A stretch of 64,000 nt of DNA from assembly GCA_043228905.1 (NCBI GenBank), contig JBHGNT010000002.1:620001-684000 (forward strand). Reading direction: 5' to 3'. The notes beneath the pieces were generated by a model. The model was not told the DNA's origin. It saw nothing but the letters and a program-made list of their open reading frames with translations, and ran no database searches. The first letter of the stretch is position 1. Every line of letters begins with the position of its first letter. This DNA comes from Azolla caroliniana. Lineage: Eukaryota > Plantae > Polypodiophyta. The position numbers were made by a program, and so were the translations under genes. Below, piece by piece: positions 50,564-63,039 of this stretch.

Positions 50564-52962
50564 TAATCTTCAACCGCGCCCTCACCGAGGGTTTTCCACC
50601 ACAATGGACCATAAACACAGTGCCCCCTATACATAAAGGAGGGGACCCAATGGACCCAAATACATATAGAACCATTATGATAGGTCATACGCTTGCTAAA
50701 CTATATGGTGCAGTAATGGAAGCAGAGCTCAACGATTATATGAAAACCTTAAGTCTTCGAGCACCTGAGCAGGCTGGCTTTAGACGAGCCTTCTCCACTA
50801 TTGACCATATCTTCACACTTAGATGCTTCATTGACCAGATGAAGGCTCGCAAGAAGAAACTATATATGTTGCTTTGTGGACTTCCGCAAAGCCTTTGACA
50901 CAGTTCATAGGAAGTAGTTGTTTGATAGGCTTAAAAGCTTGGGGATACCAAATGACATGATCTAGGCCATCTATGCTCTATATGAGCAAGTCTCTAGGTG
51001 CGTAAGATGCCCAGGTGGCCTATCCGATTACTTCACCAACACCATTGGTGTAAAACAGGGTTGCCCCCTATCACCGACTCTTTTTGGGATCTACATTGAT
51101 GACCACTGATTTTATTGCTCGTAAGGGAGGCAACTGAGTAGCCATTGGGGGTACGCAAGTTAGTCTCTTACTCTACGTAGACGAGATTGTCTTGCTCTCG
51201 GAGTCAGAACACGACCTACAAAAGCATCTTAATGCCATTGATGACTTTTGCACACAATGAGCAGTGGTAGTGAATCTAGCGAAAACGAAAGTCCTTATCT
51301 TTCATACATCTTCTCGAGTGAGGAATAAATGTCACCTAATCCTCTCTCATAACCCAGTTGAGGTAATTGGATCATATGTATATCTGGAAGTCACTTTTAA
51401 TGCTCATTCAGGTAAATTCTCGATGACCTAGGCAGCCAAAGATAGGCTAACGAGAGGGTATGCATCCCTCTCACTCTTAGAGAGACAATGCCACTATGCA
51501 TACTTTCAACAACCACGGATTAAGGGATGGCTCTTTGACTCATTAGTGACCCATTCTCTCATGAATGCATCAGTAGTATGGGCTCCAAGTCAACCATCTT
51601 TCATGTTGATGCAATTAGAGAGACCTTTGTTGATGATGTTATCGCGTCAACTTTGAAGCAAATCGACAGTACCACATGACATTATTAGAGCATAGATCAG
51701 TTTGCCCCCGATGTTAGTAGAAGCACTTTTCCAAGTGGTAGTTTTTATTCATCGGATATATAACCAACCACAAGATAGGATATCCCATCAAGCATTTGAG
51801 GCATCTTGATCCCTACATGCGTCTAGAAACACTAGCTCTTGGTATAGCAGTGTGGTGAGTTGGTTACGTGCAAACGGCATAGATAACCTACCCCCCCTTA
51901 AGTACAACCATGGGACTGACCAAACTCTAATATCTCATGAAGACTGCAATAAAGTGATACGTCAAGAAATATGGCAAATTTACACTCGATATAAATGGAT
52001 CACCCCACGAGAGCCACTCGCATCTAGAATGTTGTACTATAAGGAACACTTCTTGCACTTCTCTCAGTTAGGTTTTATTACACAACCAAAATATCTAGAT
52101 ACATTCTTATCAAATGCACTAAGGGTGCCTATTGGACAACTTAGGATATCCTCTCACCAACTTGAGATTGAGAATGGTCATGCTAATAGAGTTCCTAGAG
52201 AGGAAAGGCTATGTAGGTTATGTCACATAGAGATAGAGGATGAGTATCATTTTACATGCAAGTGTCCAACTTATACGAAGATAAGGGTGAAATACCAAGA
52301 CATACTAGGTCCCTCTCCCACTCTCTCCAAACTATTAGATACCCAAGATATAAAGAGACTAGGTAGGTATATCTTAGAGCTAAAACAACATAGGGAGAAT
52401 AAATTACAAAGTGTTAACCATAACCCTTTTAGTATTCACCCAACATGTAACTAATGTAATTTTTTAGGAACGAGGGGAGACGATGAATGTGGACACACCT
52501 ACACCACTCGACATCTCTCTTGATGAAGTAGAAATGCAAAGGATGTTGGGCTTCAAAGTTCCTCGACGTGGAGTAGAAATGATTAAAAAGATAAGGGAAC
52601 GTGAGCTACGCCGCCTAAAAGCTATGGTTGGGGTACCTTTTACATTCGAACTACGGGCCACATCCACATCGAAACGCATTGTCCTCCCGCTTCATTTCGA
52701 GAGACTTGGATGGAAATGAAACTTGGCCTACTATAAAGCCATTTCCTTATGGAACGTTTTTTTACTAGAATTGTTTTGCTTAAGCTCTATTTTAGTTTAT
52801 TTTTACTTTTGCTGAATGGGTAAATACCCCCTCTTTTTTTCTTTTGTAAACCAATTGTCTCATGGAATATATCTTTCTTTCTTTCTTTATCTATTTGTGA
52901 GTGTCACTATGCGTTTGCCACCAGTGTTAACCGTATACCTTACTACAGGTGCACAATGAGCG

Positions 52963-53120
52963 TTAGAGTTTAGGTTTCCATGGCTCTAATGCGGAAGGAT
53001 TTTCGGTTTCCAGGATTTAGGGTTTTCGGATTTTGTGGGTTTAAAGCTTTTCAGGTGTCAGGGCTAATGCTGTTAGGGTTTAGGGATTAAAGTTTATGGT
53101 GTGGCTTAAACCAAGGTTTA
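52963..53120. promoter_or_regulatory. Cluster of degenerate TTTAGGG (telo-box-like) motifs upstream of PIF1
   Basis: TTAGAGTTTAGGTTT, GATTTAGGGTTTT and TTAGGGTTTAGGGATT within 160 bp of the ATG. Confidence 0.45.
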
Positions 53121-53124
53121 AGCT

Positions 53125-55485
53125 ATGGACGAGGAAGGTGGGTCTCTAAACTTAACACCACACCAGAGATCGCGTATAGCTCTGCAGAAGAGTTTAGCTC
53201 TTCGTAGACGTAGTGAGTTTGAAGCACATCAATGCAGTTCTACCTCCGAAAGAATCATCCGAACTCAACTCTTCTCACCAAAAGAAGAAACACTGACTCA
53301 GCCCAAAGTCAATGGAAGCTTCAATTCCAGATTAACAACAAAACTTCCTGCGAGGTATGTAGATGCAGTAAACCATCAACAACTTTCATTTCCAACTGTA
53401 TCATCATATGAGAGAGGCGTTGCTGAGTTTTCTGAACTTGACAACCTAAAACTATGCACAGTGGGATCCACAGAAAACTTGACAATCAGAACATGTCATG
53501 AATCCATAGAGAACTCGACAGTTGGAAGTAATGAAACGGTTTTAAGTCACGCAAATGCAAAAAATATAAAGTTCAGTACTGAACAAGTGGTTTTAGGTCA
53601 TGGATTCACAGAAAACTTTACATTGAGAGCTAAAGAAGAGGATTTTGAGCACGAATGCATGGGAAGTGTAAGAGATGAAACAAAATCCACTGAAAGCATA
53701 GTAGAAAGCACTCCATATCATTCCCAAATTGGTTTATTTGGAGGTTTAAAGCAATGTAAAAGTAATGGCACCATCAATGGAACCTCCAATACTGTAAATA
53801 CAATCAGTTTCAGAGATACACTACAATATAGACGTACTGACATCATGGATACAGATACAATACATGGAACCAATTTCGGGAGTATACCAGAATGTAGAAT
53901 TGATTCTTTCCATTCTGATACCATGTGTACCCGGACCGTTGATGCAGTCAGGTTCAGAAGTATTCCACAATGTAGAACTGCCGATACTGTGGATGCAAAA
54001 ACAGTCTGTGAAATTGGGTTCGGTGGTTTGCGTAGTCCACAACAATGTGGTAATGATACCATTCATGATACCCAAGCTAAAGAGCGATATTCACCCTCTA
54101 CAATCTTATCAGGGCATACAGGCAAAATCAAACTATCCAAACAGCAGCTTGAGGTCTTAAAAGCTGTTGCAACACGAAAATCTGTCTTTATAACTGGATC
54201 TGCTGGCACTGGAAAAAGCTTTATATTGGGATGTATTATAAGGATTCTTAAGAAGAGGTTTGGTCCGGAGACTGTGTACGTTACGGCATCGACAGGACTT
54301 GCTGCTTGTGCTTTGGGTGGTATCACATTGCATTCTTTTGCTGGTATTGGTCTCGGAAATGATGATGCTGAGACCATGGTGGCCAAAGTAATGGGAAAAC
54401 AAGAGGCTAGAGAGAGATGGCGTCATGCCGAGGTCTTGATTATTGATGAAATTAGCATGATCGATGGGGATCTTTTCGATAAGCTCAATTATGTGGCCAA
54501 GATAATAAGGAAGAAGGTTGGGAATCATTACCGGAGTTGCTTTGGTGGTATACAACTCATAGTTACCGGAGACTTCTTTCAGCTTCCACCAGTTAAAGCA
54601 ACTAATCGTATGAAGTATTTTGCCTTTGAAGCTGAGTGTTGGGATAAATGCTTTGATTTGCAAATTGAGCTCAAACATGCATTCAGACATTCAGAGGGAA
54701 GCTTTGTCGAGATGTTGAATGAGATTAGGAAAGGAAGTCCTACAGATCAAACTCTTCAAAACCTCATGAATTGTCAAAGAGTATTACCAGATGGGGGTTT
54801 AGGGATTGTGCCCACAAGGTTATACCCATTGAAGGCTGACGTCAAGGAAGAGAATATGAAGGAACTACGGGCACTTAACAAGGAAACATTGAAGTTCACA
54901 GCACTAGACATGGCCGAAAGCCCCGTATTTGAAGTGATGCTCAATACCATGAGAGCAGAGAACGAATTAGCGATTTGTGTTGGCGCACAAGTTATGCTTA
55001 TAGTAAATTATGATACCAAGATTGGCCTTGTGAATGGTGCGAAAGGTATAGTTGTTGGCTTTGATTCTTTACCTCATAAAGAAGATGATGTTAAAGAGGA
55101 GATTGCTCGTAGGGTGAGCCCGACACTCAAATGGCCGGTTGTGAGGTTTTATTGTGATAGAACTGAAAGAACAATAGGCCCCGAAACGTTTACACTAGAA
55201 TGTGGGGGCCGTGAGGTTGTGAAGAGAATTCAAGTACCCTTGATCCTTGCATGGGCTCTAAGTGTACATAAGTGTCAAGGCATGACATTAGATAGAGTCC
55301 AGACGGATTTGTCTAAGGCATTTGATTATGGTATGGTATATGTGGCTCTATCTCGTGTGAAGAAACTGGATGGGCTGCAATTGCTTGGATTTGATCACAC
55401 AAAGATCAAGGTACACCCCAATGTGGTCTGCTATTATGCGAAGATGTCAAAATGTGGATTAGCCACAGAAAATGATCCCCTCTAG
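53125..55485 (+). CDS. PIF1: ATP-dependent 5'-3' DNA helicase PIF1 (canonical SF1B type), intronless, 786 aa
   Basis: FITGSAGTGKS, VTASTGLAA..GGITLHSFAGIG, LIIDEISM, FGGIQLIVTGDFFQLPPV, GLVNGAKG and QVPLILAWALSVHKCQGMTLD..YVALSRV. No HUH/Rep domain. Confidence 0.95.
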   Translation: MDEEGGSLNLTPHQRSRIALQKSLALRRRSEFEAHQCSSTSERIIRTQLFSPKEETLTQPKVNGSFNSRLTTKLPARYVDAVNHQQLSFPTVSSYERGVAEFSELDNLKLCTVGSTENLTIRTCHESIENSTVGSNETVLSHANAKNIKFSTEQVVLGHGFTENFTLRAKEEDFEHECMGSVRDETKSTESIVESTPYHSQIGLFGGLKQCKSNGTINGTSNTVNTISFRDTLQYRRTDIMDTDTIHGTNFGSIPECRIDSFHSDTMCTRTVDAVRFRSIPQCRTADTVDAKTVCEIGFGGLRSPQQCGNDTIHDTQAKERYSPSTILSGHTGKIKLSKQQLEVLKAVATRKSVFITGSAGTGKSFILGCIIRILKKRFGPETVYVTASTGLAACALGGITLHSFAGIGLGNDDAETMVAKVMGKQEARERWRHAEVLIIDEISMIDGDLFDKLNYVAKIIRKKVGNHYRSCFGGIQLIVTGDFFQLPPVKATNRMKYFAFEAECWDKCFDLQIELKHAFRHSEGSFVEMLNEIRKGSPTDQTLQNLMNCQRVLPDGGLGIVPTRLYPLKADVKEENMKELRALNKETLKFTALDMAESPVFEVMLNTMRAENELAICVGAQVMLIVNYDTKIGLVNGAKGIVVGFDSLPHKEDDVKEEIARRVSPTLKWPVVRFYCDRTERTIGPETFTLECGGREVVKRIQVPLILAWALSVHKCQGMTLDRVQTDLSKAFDYGMVYVALSRVKKLDGLQLLGFDHTKIKVHPNVVCYYAKMSKCGLATENDPL

Positions 55486-56039
55486 GTCATTACTAAATGA
55501 TCGTCTTGTTTGCACGTGTGTACATAACCATTCGTAATATTATTGTGTCCTCATTTAAGAAACAATTCAGGTAATTATTTCCAAGAAATGATGCCATCAC
55601 TCGGTAATGCTCCATGTATTTATCCAAAAGTTACTAAATATTGTATGCATGCAACAGCGTACCAGTGACAGGCTATGCCATAAAAAATGGTTCTCTAAGT
55701 GATTATCTTAATATCTCTAGGCAACAGTGGTAATGGAGTGTTAGTATACACAAGGAGAGTGTTGAAATCGACTCCTTGAATATGATTATTCCATGCATGT
55801 AGTTCTGTAAAAATTGGAGCATAAGCATGATTTATGCTGACATAAACCCTTACGGTTTCAGAAATATCTTAGTTCATAGTATGACTAGTCCATTTGTGAT
55901 TAGGTAAAGAAGTGAGCTAATTAAGGAAATGCCGAAAAAAAAGTTCCAATCCTTTTTACTAACACATTGCCTTATAGCTTCAAAAAAAACCCATTTTAAT
56001 TTGTTCACCTAGAGATTGAGCTTCTTGGACAAACATTAT

Positions 56040-56644
56040 CATCACTTCCCTTGCATAACATTCAATATACGTCACATCCATGACAAAATGATGAAAAACA
56101 CACTTTGGAATGAGCAAGAACATCATCACCCTTGTGCAATCCTATAACCTTCAAGGAAGCTTTCAAATGGTGTCAAAATATTCAGTGACATCACTTCCCT
56201 TGCATAACATTCAGTATACGTCACATCCATGACAAAATGATGAAAAACACACTTTGGAATGAGCAAGAACATCATCACCCTTGTGCAATCCTATAACCTT
56301 CAAAGAGGCTTTCAAATGGTGTCAAAATATTCAGTGACATCACTTCCCTTGCATAACATTCAGTATACGTCACATCCATGACAAAATGATGAAAAACACA
56401 CTTTGGAATGAGCAAGAACATCATCACCCTTGTGCAATCCTATAACCTTCAAAGAGGCTTTCAAATGGTGTCAAAATATTCAGTGACATCACTTCCCTTG
56501 CATAACATTCAGTATACGTCACATCCATGACAAAATGATGAAAAACACACTTTGGAATGAGCAAGAACATCATCACCCTTGTGCAATCCTATAACCTTCA
56601 AAGAGGCTTTCAAATGGTGTCAAAATATTCAGTGACCTCACTTC
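56040..56644. repeat. 149-bp tandem repeat, four near-identical copies
   Basis: CATCACTTCCCTTGCATAACATTCA...GGTGTCAAAATATTCAGTGA at 56040, 56189, 56338 and 56487. Confidence 0.95.
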
Positions 56645-58068
56645 AGCAAGTGGCTCAAGTGAAACCACAATAATTGATCAAATTCCAATTCTAGACCATG
56701 CATTGCGCTATCTGCTACTGATTTAAGAGCTGGAACAGTATTGTTTCACAGGAATATATTGTTTACTCGATCTGGATACCACTGGCACAAGCTGCAAGGA
56801 TTAGCATACCACTATAAATAGCTTTGTTAAACAGCAACATTGAGGACTTTTCTAGACACTAATGAAGCAATGGTCACGGACCTCATGTCATTTCAACAAT
56901 CATCAATGCTAAATCACATACCTTTCTTAGTTATACATTTTGCTTGTACTCTAAAGAAGAATTACAATCTTAGGTACAGAAGCTATCATCAAGCAATTTA
57001 GCTTTGGAATAACCGCATTAATTACCTTAATAAGAAAATAATTCTTCTCAAGGATCATGTGTAACATAAAAAAGTAAATTAGGAATGAGTCAGATATGTT
57101 TCCGTTTTATCATCAGCACCCAAAACTATCAATGAAAATGATCAACCTCTTCATATCCTTTTATCAAGCCCTATTTTACAAGGTGCCTCTTTTTCACAAG
57201 CACAATCTACATTCATTACACACCCTTTATTTGTATTGCATTATAACTACAGTAGGAAACCTTTAAGTGTCAAGTTGATGGGAGATACAAATGGATTATA
57301 TAACACATGGGTGCTCCCACCAATTTGACACTAAGGATGGAATTATAAGGGCGTCCTTTAAAGGCTGTGGATAGATCATGCCATGCATGTGCAAAGAACG
57401 AGAGAATTCAAGTGTAAAAAGAGACAACTTGTTAAATAGGCTTCTTAAAATATACATGCATGCAAGTAAACTCATGCGTCATTCACATAGCCACACTGGA
57501 TCATTCATGCACAATGCATACAAATCACTGGATTATAAACGAACAAATTTGACTATGATAGAACAATAATGCAGGAACTCATATATCAATGGAACCAATG
57601 ATTGGGATAAAATGATTAAATGTACATGAAGTTTGCATGCTATATGTATGTGTTGCAATGCTTGATAAAAATAAATTGTTTCAATTTCTTCTTGATGGGT
57701 TTTCCTTTTGACACTTCAATGTCAATCTATTAAACACAACAGAAACAACTCATTTTATGCAAATCTATAAAGCCATTAAATAGCAAATAGTTTCTCTTCA
57801 AATGAATACTGGCATTTTACATGGACTGATGTTAACCCTTAGACTTATGTACACCATTTTAACCATGAAGGTAAAAAAGAACTAAAATTCACACACTGCG
57901 GCCATTTGAGTGGCAACCATTAAAAGCTCCTGAATTCAATTGGCTTGCCTAGATTAAGGTCTTACTTTGACACATTTTCCAAAGCCAATGATGTGTGCCA
58001 TATCAGCATCGATTTCACTCTGACCATGAAGAAGCAATATGTACACAATTGCTAGGATTTTCCCATCA

Positions 58069-60309
58069 TCACGATTGTTTGTCAACCCTCTGATTTCTGG
58101 TTAAGAGGTAAGTTCCAATTCCTTTCAAAGAACGAAGAATTACAACCCTGAAATGTGTAAAAAAAGATTTAGGGGGATACTGGGGGAATAAACATAAAAT
58201 TAGAATGCATATGTAATAATCAGAATTAGTACTCACATCAACATGTTGGCCAAGTAAAATACAGGAATTCGTCTTAACACTGCGTTTTCATGTGCACCTG
58301 CAGCAACCTCTGGATGAGAACCAGTTGCTACCAGTACAAACTGCAATATGCCAGATGCAAAATATAAGCCGAATGATATCATATTACCCATATATAACCC
58401 ATCACAATATTTTAACATGTTTCATTATCTGAATTACGATTTATGTCAAATTTTATACCTCAAATGAGTTTCCCATATACTGTGTGCACTTATATGCACA
58501 CATGTGTTTTTATGCATATTAAAACTGAAACTACTTCATCCTTTCTCAATGTGAGAAAAATTCTGAAACACGTTTTAGTGAAGTGTTTCTGTTGATAAAG
58601 CTTGCAAAATATGCAAACGAGGTTAAGGTTTCACCTAATGAAAGAAAACGAGATGCAATAAGCTTTACTGTCAACAAGAAAAGAATACTGCCATAATGCT
58701 GCTGATATGCATAAAACTTGCATCCATGAAGGTTCAGCCTCATAGCATTATCTGTGAGACTTGAGGTCAAGTTTGTCTCTAGAGTTTATAGTGACAATGC
58801 CTGCAGAATATGCAAATGAGGCAGTTTTGATCTAGTAAAAGAAAATGAGATGCAACAGGCTTTTCCTCTTGATGAGAAAAGAATATGATTGTCTGACTTG
58901 AGGGTAATTTGTCTCTAGAGCTACTCTCCATAAAGCCAAAATAATTGATTAAAATTATTGAGACATTTAAGGTGACATTTCAAAGCCATAAATGAACATG
59001 CAAACCAAAAGGGTCATTAAGCACCTATAGCTACAAGTTGCAATGCATGAAGATATTACCATTGGAAAGAGTATTGCCATAATTCCATAGCTAACAAATT
59101 GTGAAAAGAAAAAGGTTGCAAGAACACACGGACTCCCTGAAAAAACAAAATGACAGCCGAGTACAAACAAACAAGCATAAAGTTTAAACACATCTCCTCA
59201 TTATATGCATGGAATGTATTGAGGTGAGAATGTACCAAATCCTGCAAAAAATGCCCAATTTGTCTCAAAGAACAAAAGTCGTCTTTCAAGACTCCATTGG
59301 GCAAAACCCCACCTATAACTGTTATGTTCTCATGTTTCAGTTAGCCTTCAATTTTAAGACATCATTTCTCTGAAATTCCAAGATATTCACTTCTTACTCA
59401 AAGCAGTAATAAGCATAAAGCCATGATAATAGAAGAAAATTCAGAAAGTTCCCAATGTAAGGTACAAGACTCACTGCAAAGACCTGGATATCAGGACAGC
59501 AACCAGAATAATTACTGTATTATGTATTAGTTGTGATTAATACCTCTTATTCAGCTACAAAACACTTACTGTTCATATATTTCATAGTGGTACTTATAAC
59601 CCAGTTTATCAAAGTAATGCTGTTAATATTTGATTCTAACCAAACTGGCTATAGAAAAATGTATTAGAGTGATTCTCATTGAAATAATGCACCAGTGATA
59701 AACTAAAGCTCCATTCTTTGAACTTCCTGGTGTGAGAGTTAGTTTTTGGCATAGAATACTGCTGTATCTAAAACAAATCATACATTAATTGATCATTCAA
59801 AACAACAGTAATAAAAAAAGATTGCATACCTCAATAAAAAATATGCTCAGCATGATGACAGAATAGATTTGTTCACCAATGTTCAACAAAATACTGTACA
59901 GAAACCCCAGAAATTTGTGTGCATATGCTCATAGAAGTTGGTATAACTGACTAGAACAGTTCTACAATGTTCTGGACATCTGCCATGCAGCAGCAGCATT
60001 AAAGGCAGTGAACCAAATTTACCTTTCCATTCCGCCATTGCTTTGACTTCTTGGATGCTGAGGCCGAACCACCATTTTCTCTACAGATGTTTGTTTGCCT
60101 TTAAGGGTTATATGCTCCTCTGCTACTGCAAATGCTTGCTGAGCGATTTCATTATACCTGATAACTTCCATGACTATGCTTAGTGGAAATTTTCTCTTTG
60201 ATGAAGTTTTTAATATATAGACAATTAACAGAAAAGGTCGAGTAAATAATGCTAACCAGATGCAATTAATCACAAAGCTTATTATGTACAAAGGATAAAG
60301 CCAAAATAC
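58069..60309 (-). CDS. EI24: EI24 (etoposide-induced 2.4) homologue, 3' exons; 5' exons not found in the window
   Basis: Exons 60309-60257, 60157-60023, 59893-59830, 59483-59398, 59318-59236, 59136-59060, 58340-58237 and 58147-58069, all GT-AG and in frame. Peptides FWLYPLY..IWYNEIA, IGEQIYS, PYIG..LLLSWLYAYYCF, FFETNWAFFAGFGSPCVLA..MAILFPMFVLVATGS. Confidence 0.9.
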
Positions 60310-60328
60310 CTACATTACACAAGGTTAA

Positions 60329-60400
<72 letters not shown>

Positions 60401-60402
<2 letters not shown>

Positions 60403-60633
60403 ATCAACCTATGCTAGAGATCTTTCAAAGACAAAAGCTACAATATACCTAACTTGAGGATCTCACATGTGCCAAAAACCAGATTCCCTCCTTTCTTTTC
60501 TTTTCATGTTATTTACTTTTATATTTACTGTATAATATTTATTTTATTTTGATTTGTTCTCAAAGACGAGACAACACTTAAGATGTAATCTCTTATTTGG
60601 TCTTATAGGCCATTTTGGCCTCTTAAAAGACGT

Positions 60634-60685
<52 letters not shown>
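60401..60685 (+). mobile_element. Severely 5'-truncated LINE (3' end only) inside a (CT)n microsatellite
   Basis: GGATCAACCTATGCTAGAGATCTTTCAAAGACAAAAG...GGCCATTTTGGCC..GACGTTAAT(CT)n is homologous to 62771-63028, with (CT)n on both sides. Confidence 0.88.
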
Positions 60686-60687
<2 letters not shown>

Positions 60688-63028
60688 ACAAGAAAAAAGC
60701 TTTCCTATCTAAAAGAAGGGCACTCAAAGGTGCGAAAATATACTTAAATGACGACTTCACTCTGGCATGCCTAGCAAGTATAGCTATACAAATATTACTA
60801 TATGCTGATGATATTGTGCTGATTTCTGACTCTCCAGAGGAACAACAAAGACATTTAAATGCCTTAAAATTATTTTGTAGGGACAAAGGTTTGTCAATAA
60901 ACATGGATAAAACGAATGTGATGGTGTTTAACACCACTCAAGCATGGGTAACAAGATCAGAACCAGAATTCTTCTTGGGAGAGGAAAAGGTGGAATACAC
61001 ACACTCCTGTGTCCTACACATACCTAGGAGTAACATATACAAGGCCTAGGTTCTCCTTACAAGAGGCCGCTTGTGCTCAACATTCTCGTGGATATGCAGC
61101 CCTTGGTGCTCTCGATAGACAATGTGCACATTTGCAGTTCCAAGACTCACGAACTAAGTTGTGGTTATTTGATACACTCATCACACCAACTCTTCTCTAT
61201 GGAGTAGAAACGTGGGGACCGAGTCTTAACAAGGCAAATCATTGGAATTAGAATTAGAATTAGAATTAGAATTTTTATCGTCTATAAAGAGGCCAATTTT
61301 GACCTATGGGACCAAAGTATACATGTGTTCTTGATATATGTCTCCTTCCTAAGAAGGGGTATTCATATGTTGAAGCACAAAGTCTCTATGTGTTAATAAA
61401 GCATACACATATGAGCTCAACCTTCTAGGTGGTGTCTTAAGTATGAATCTTAAGTTATCACTCCCTCTTAGTATGTCAACATATGTGAAACGAATTGCAC
61501 TATATGTCGAGCATGTGAAAAGCAAGTGAAATTCATCCTCTACCATGCCTTCATTGCATACTTTACATGTCTTCAAATTCGTTACATTTTGATACCATGA
61601 TGCAACTTCAATACCTAACTTGTGAGATCGAGTGCGAAGTAGTGTAAGGGCTCTATGAGCATTGCTACTCATATTGGAAAGATTTAGAGAGACCTTTAGT
61701 GTCAATGATTGGCCGCATGATAAGGAGCAAATCGTAGGTGCCCTATGATATAATCCGGGCAGAGATGGGAGGAGCACCTATGATAACTAAGGCATTGTTC
61801 CAATCAGTGACATACATATATCCAACGTCTTTGGGAGCTCCCTAAACGAAGGTACCCAAGGTTGGCACCTATGTCATCAAGCCAGCTGGCTGGAACTGGA
61901 GACATTCATTGTTGGTATGTTGAAATGCAACAATGGTTAGAGTCACATGGCATAAGTATAAATGCATTACCCCCATTCCAATATAGCTTGGACTGTTCCC
62001 ATCTAAATATGACCAAAGTGGAAAAGAATAGAGTGATCCGAAGTGATATTATTAACTTTGAAAACAAGATAACATGGATCAGCCCCAAAATATCACTTGG
62101 TACGAAGATGGCCCACTACAAGACACGTTTTACACACATCAGAGCATGGATTCGCCATCATGCCACCTTATATGGACATACATCTATCCTATTAGGGCAT
62201 TGTGATAGGGCAACTGCAAATTTGATCACATCAGTTAGAGATTGAGATAGGCTGATATACACGAATACCTCTAAAAGAAAGAATTTGCAAATTGTGTCAT
62301 CAAGGAGTGGAATCCGAAGAACACTATGTTTGTCACTCTAGTGTCTTATATGAAATCAGAGGGAGAAACCATTGCCTCTTTAAACAAAGCTTTGGCCCGC
62401 TATGCAAGATAATGGAATATGAGGACCAACGGCACCTAGGACATTTCTTGCTAGAACTCAAGAGACATAGGGAAAAGTTGTTGAAGGACAATAATATAGC
62501 CACACAAGCTCTCATACACAAAGAACAATCACAACTTTCTTTAGCCGCCATCACACCTACTAATACTACAAGTCAATCAAGGGGTACCAAAATGGGCTCC
62601 CAACCGGGACATAACAAAGGGGTTACAATAGATTAGGCAATAGAAATTTGTCGTGCACGTAGGCCCCGGCGCCATGGACCACGACCTCACCAACCTTGTC
62701 ATCGACAAATAAAGGCCATTATCTCCCGCCATTGCAGGTGCTTCCCTCGCTTCGGAGACCTTTCCATTCTGGATCGACCTATGCTAGAGATCTTTCAAAG
62801 ACAAAAGTTAGACTATATCTAACTTGATAATCTCACATGTGCCGAAAACCAAATTCCATCGTCTATTTTTATCTTATTTACTTTTATATTTACTGAGTAA
62901 TATTTATTTTATTTTGATTTGTTGTTCTCAAAGACAAGACAACACTTAAGATGTAATCTCTTGTTTGGTCTTATAGGCCATTTTGGCGTCTTAAACGACA
63001 TTAATATATCTTTCTTTCTCTCTCTCTC
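60686..63028 (+). mobile_element. Internally deleted LINE (ORF1 fragment joined to RT C-terminal half) with (CT)n tail; hosts an antisense LINE
   Basis: FLSKRRALKGAKIYLNDDFTL (ORF1-like) followed directly by QILLYADDIVLIS..GLSINMDKT, YTYLGV, LFDTLITPTLLYGVETWG and ERICKLCHQGVESEEHYVC, then the 3' end. Confidence 0.88.
61248..61672 (-). mobile_element. 5'-truncated LINE of a different family with (TTCTAA)n tail, nested antisense
   Basis: LLRTRSHKLGIEVASW..KTCKVCNEGMVEDEFHLLFTCSTY; tail (TTCTAA)4 at ~61246-61273; 7-bp TSD ATTGGAA at 61241-61247 and 61673-61679. Confidence 0.9.
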
Positions 63029-63039
63029 AAGTGGACAAC

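Larger units (their letters stand above)
48460..52892 (+). mobile_element. 5'-truncated LINE (AP endonuclease C-terminus, RT, C-terminal Cys/His motif; RTE-X-like), interrupted by a solo LTR
   Basis: CFPHGGGESTVDYLIG..DHNFLYFEL (endonuclease); PIHKGGDPMDPNTYRTIMIG, EQAGFRRAFSTIDHIFTL and GVKQGCPLSPTLF (RT); QLRISSHQLEIENG..ERLCRLC..EDEYHFTCKCP; (TCTT)n tail at ~52872. The clade call is from remembered motifs. Confidence 0.92.

Noticed and set aside
53125-55485. PIF1 as a Helitron RepHel gene
   Set aside because: No HUH/Y2 Rep domain or Helitron ends; the motifs (TLHSFAGIGLG, LAWALSVHKCQGMTLD) are of the cellular PIF1 type.
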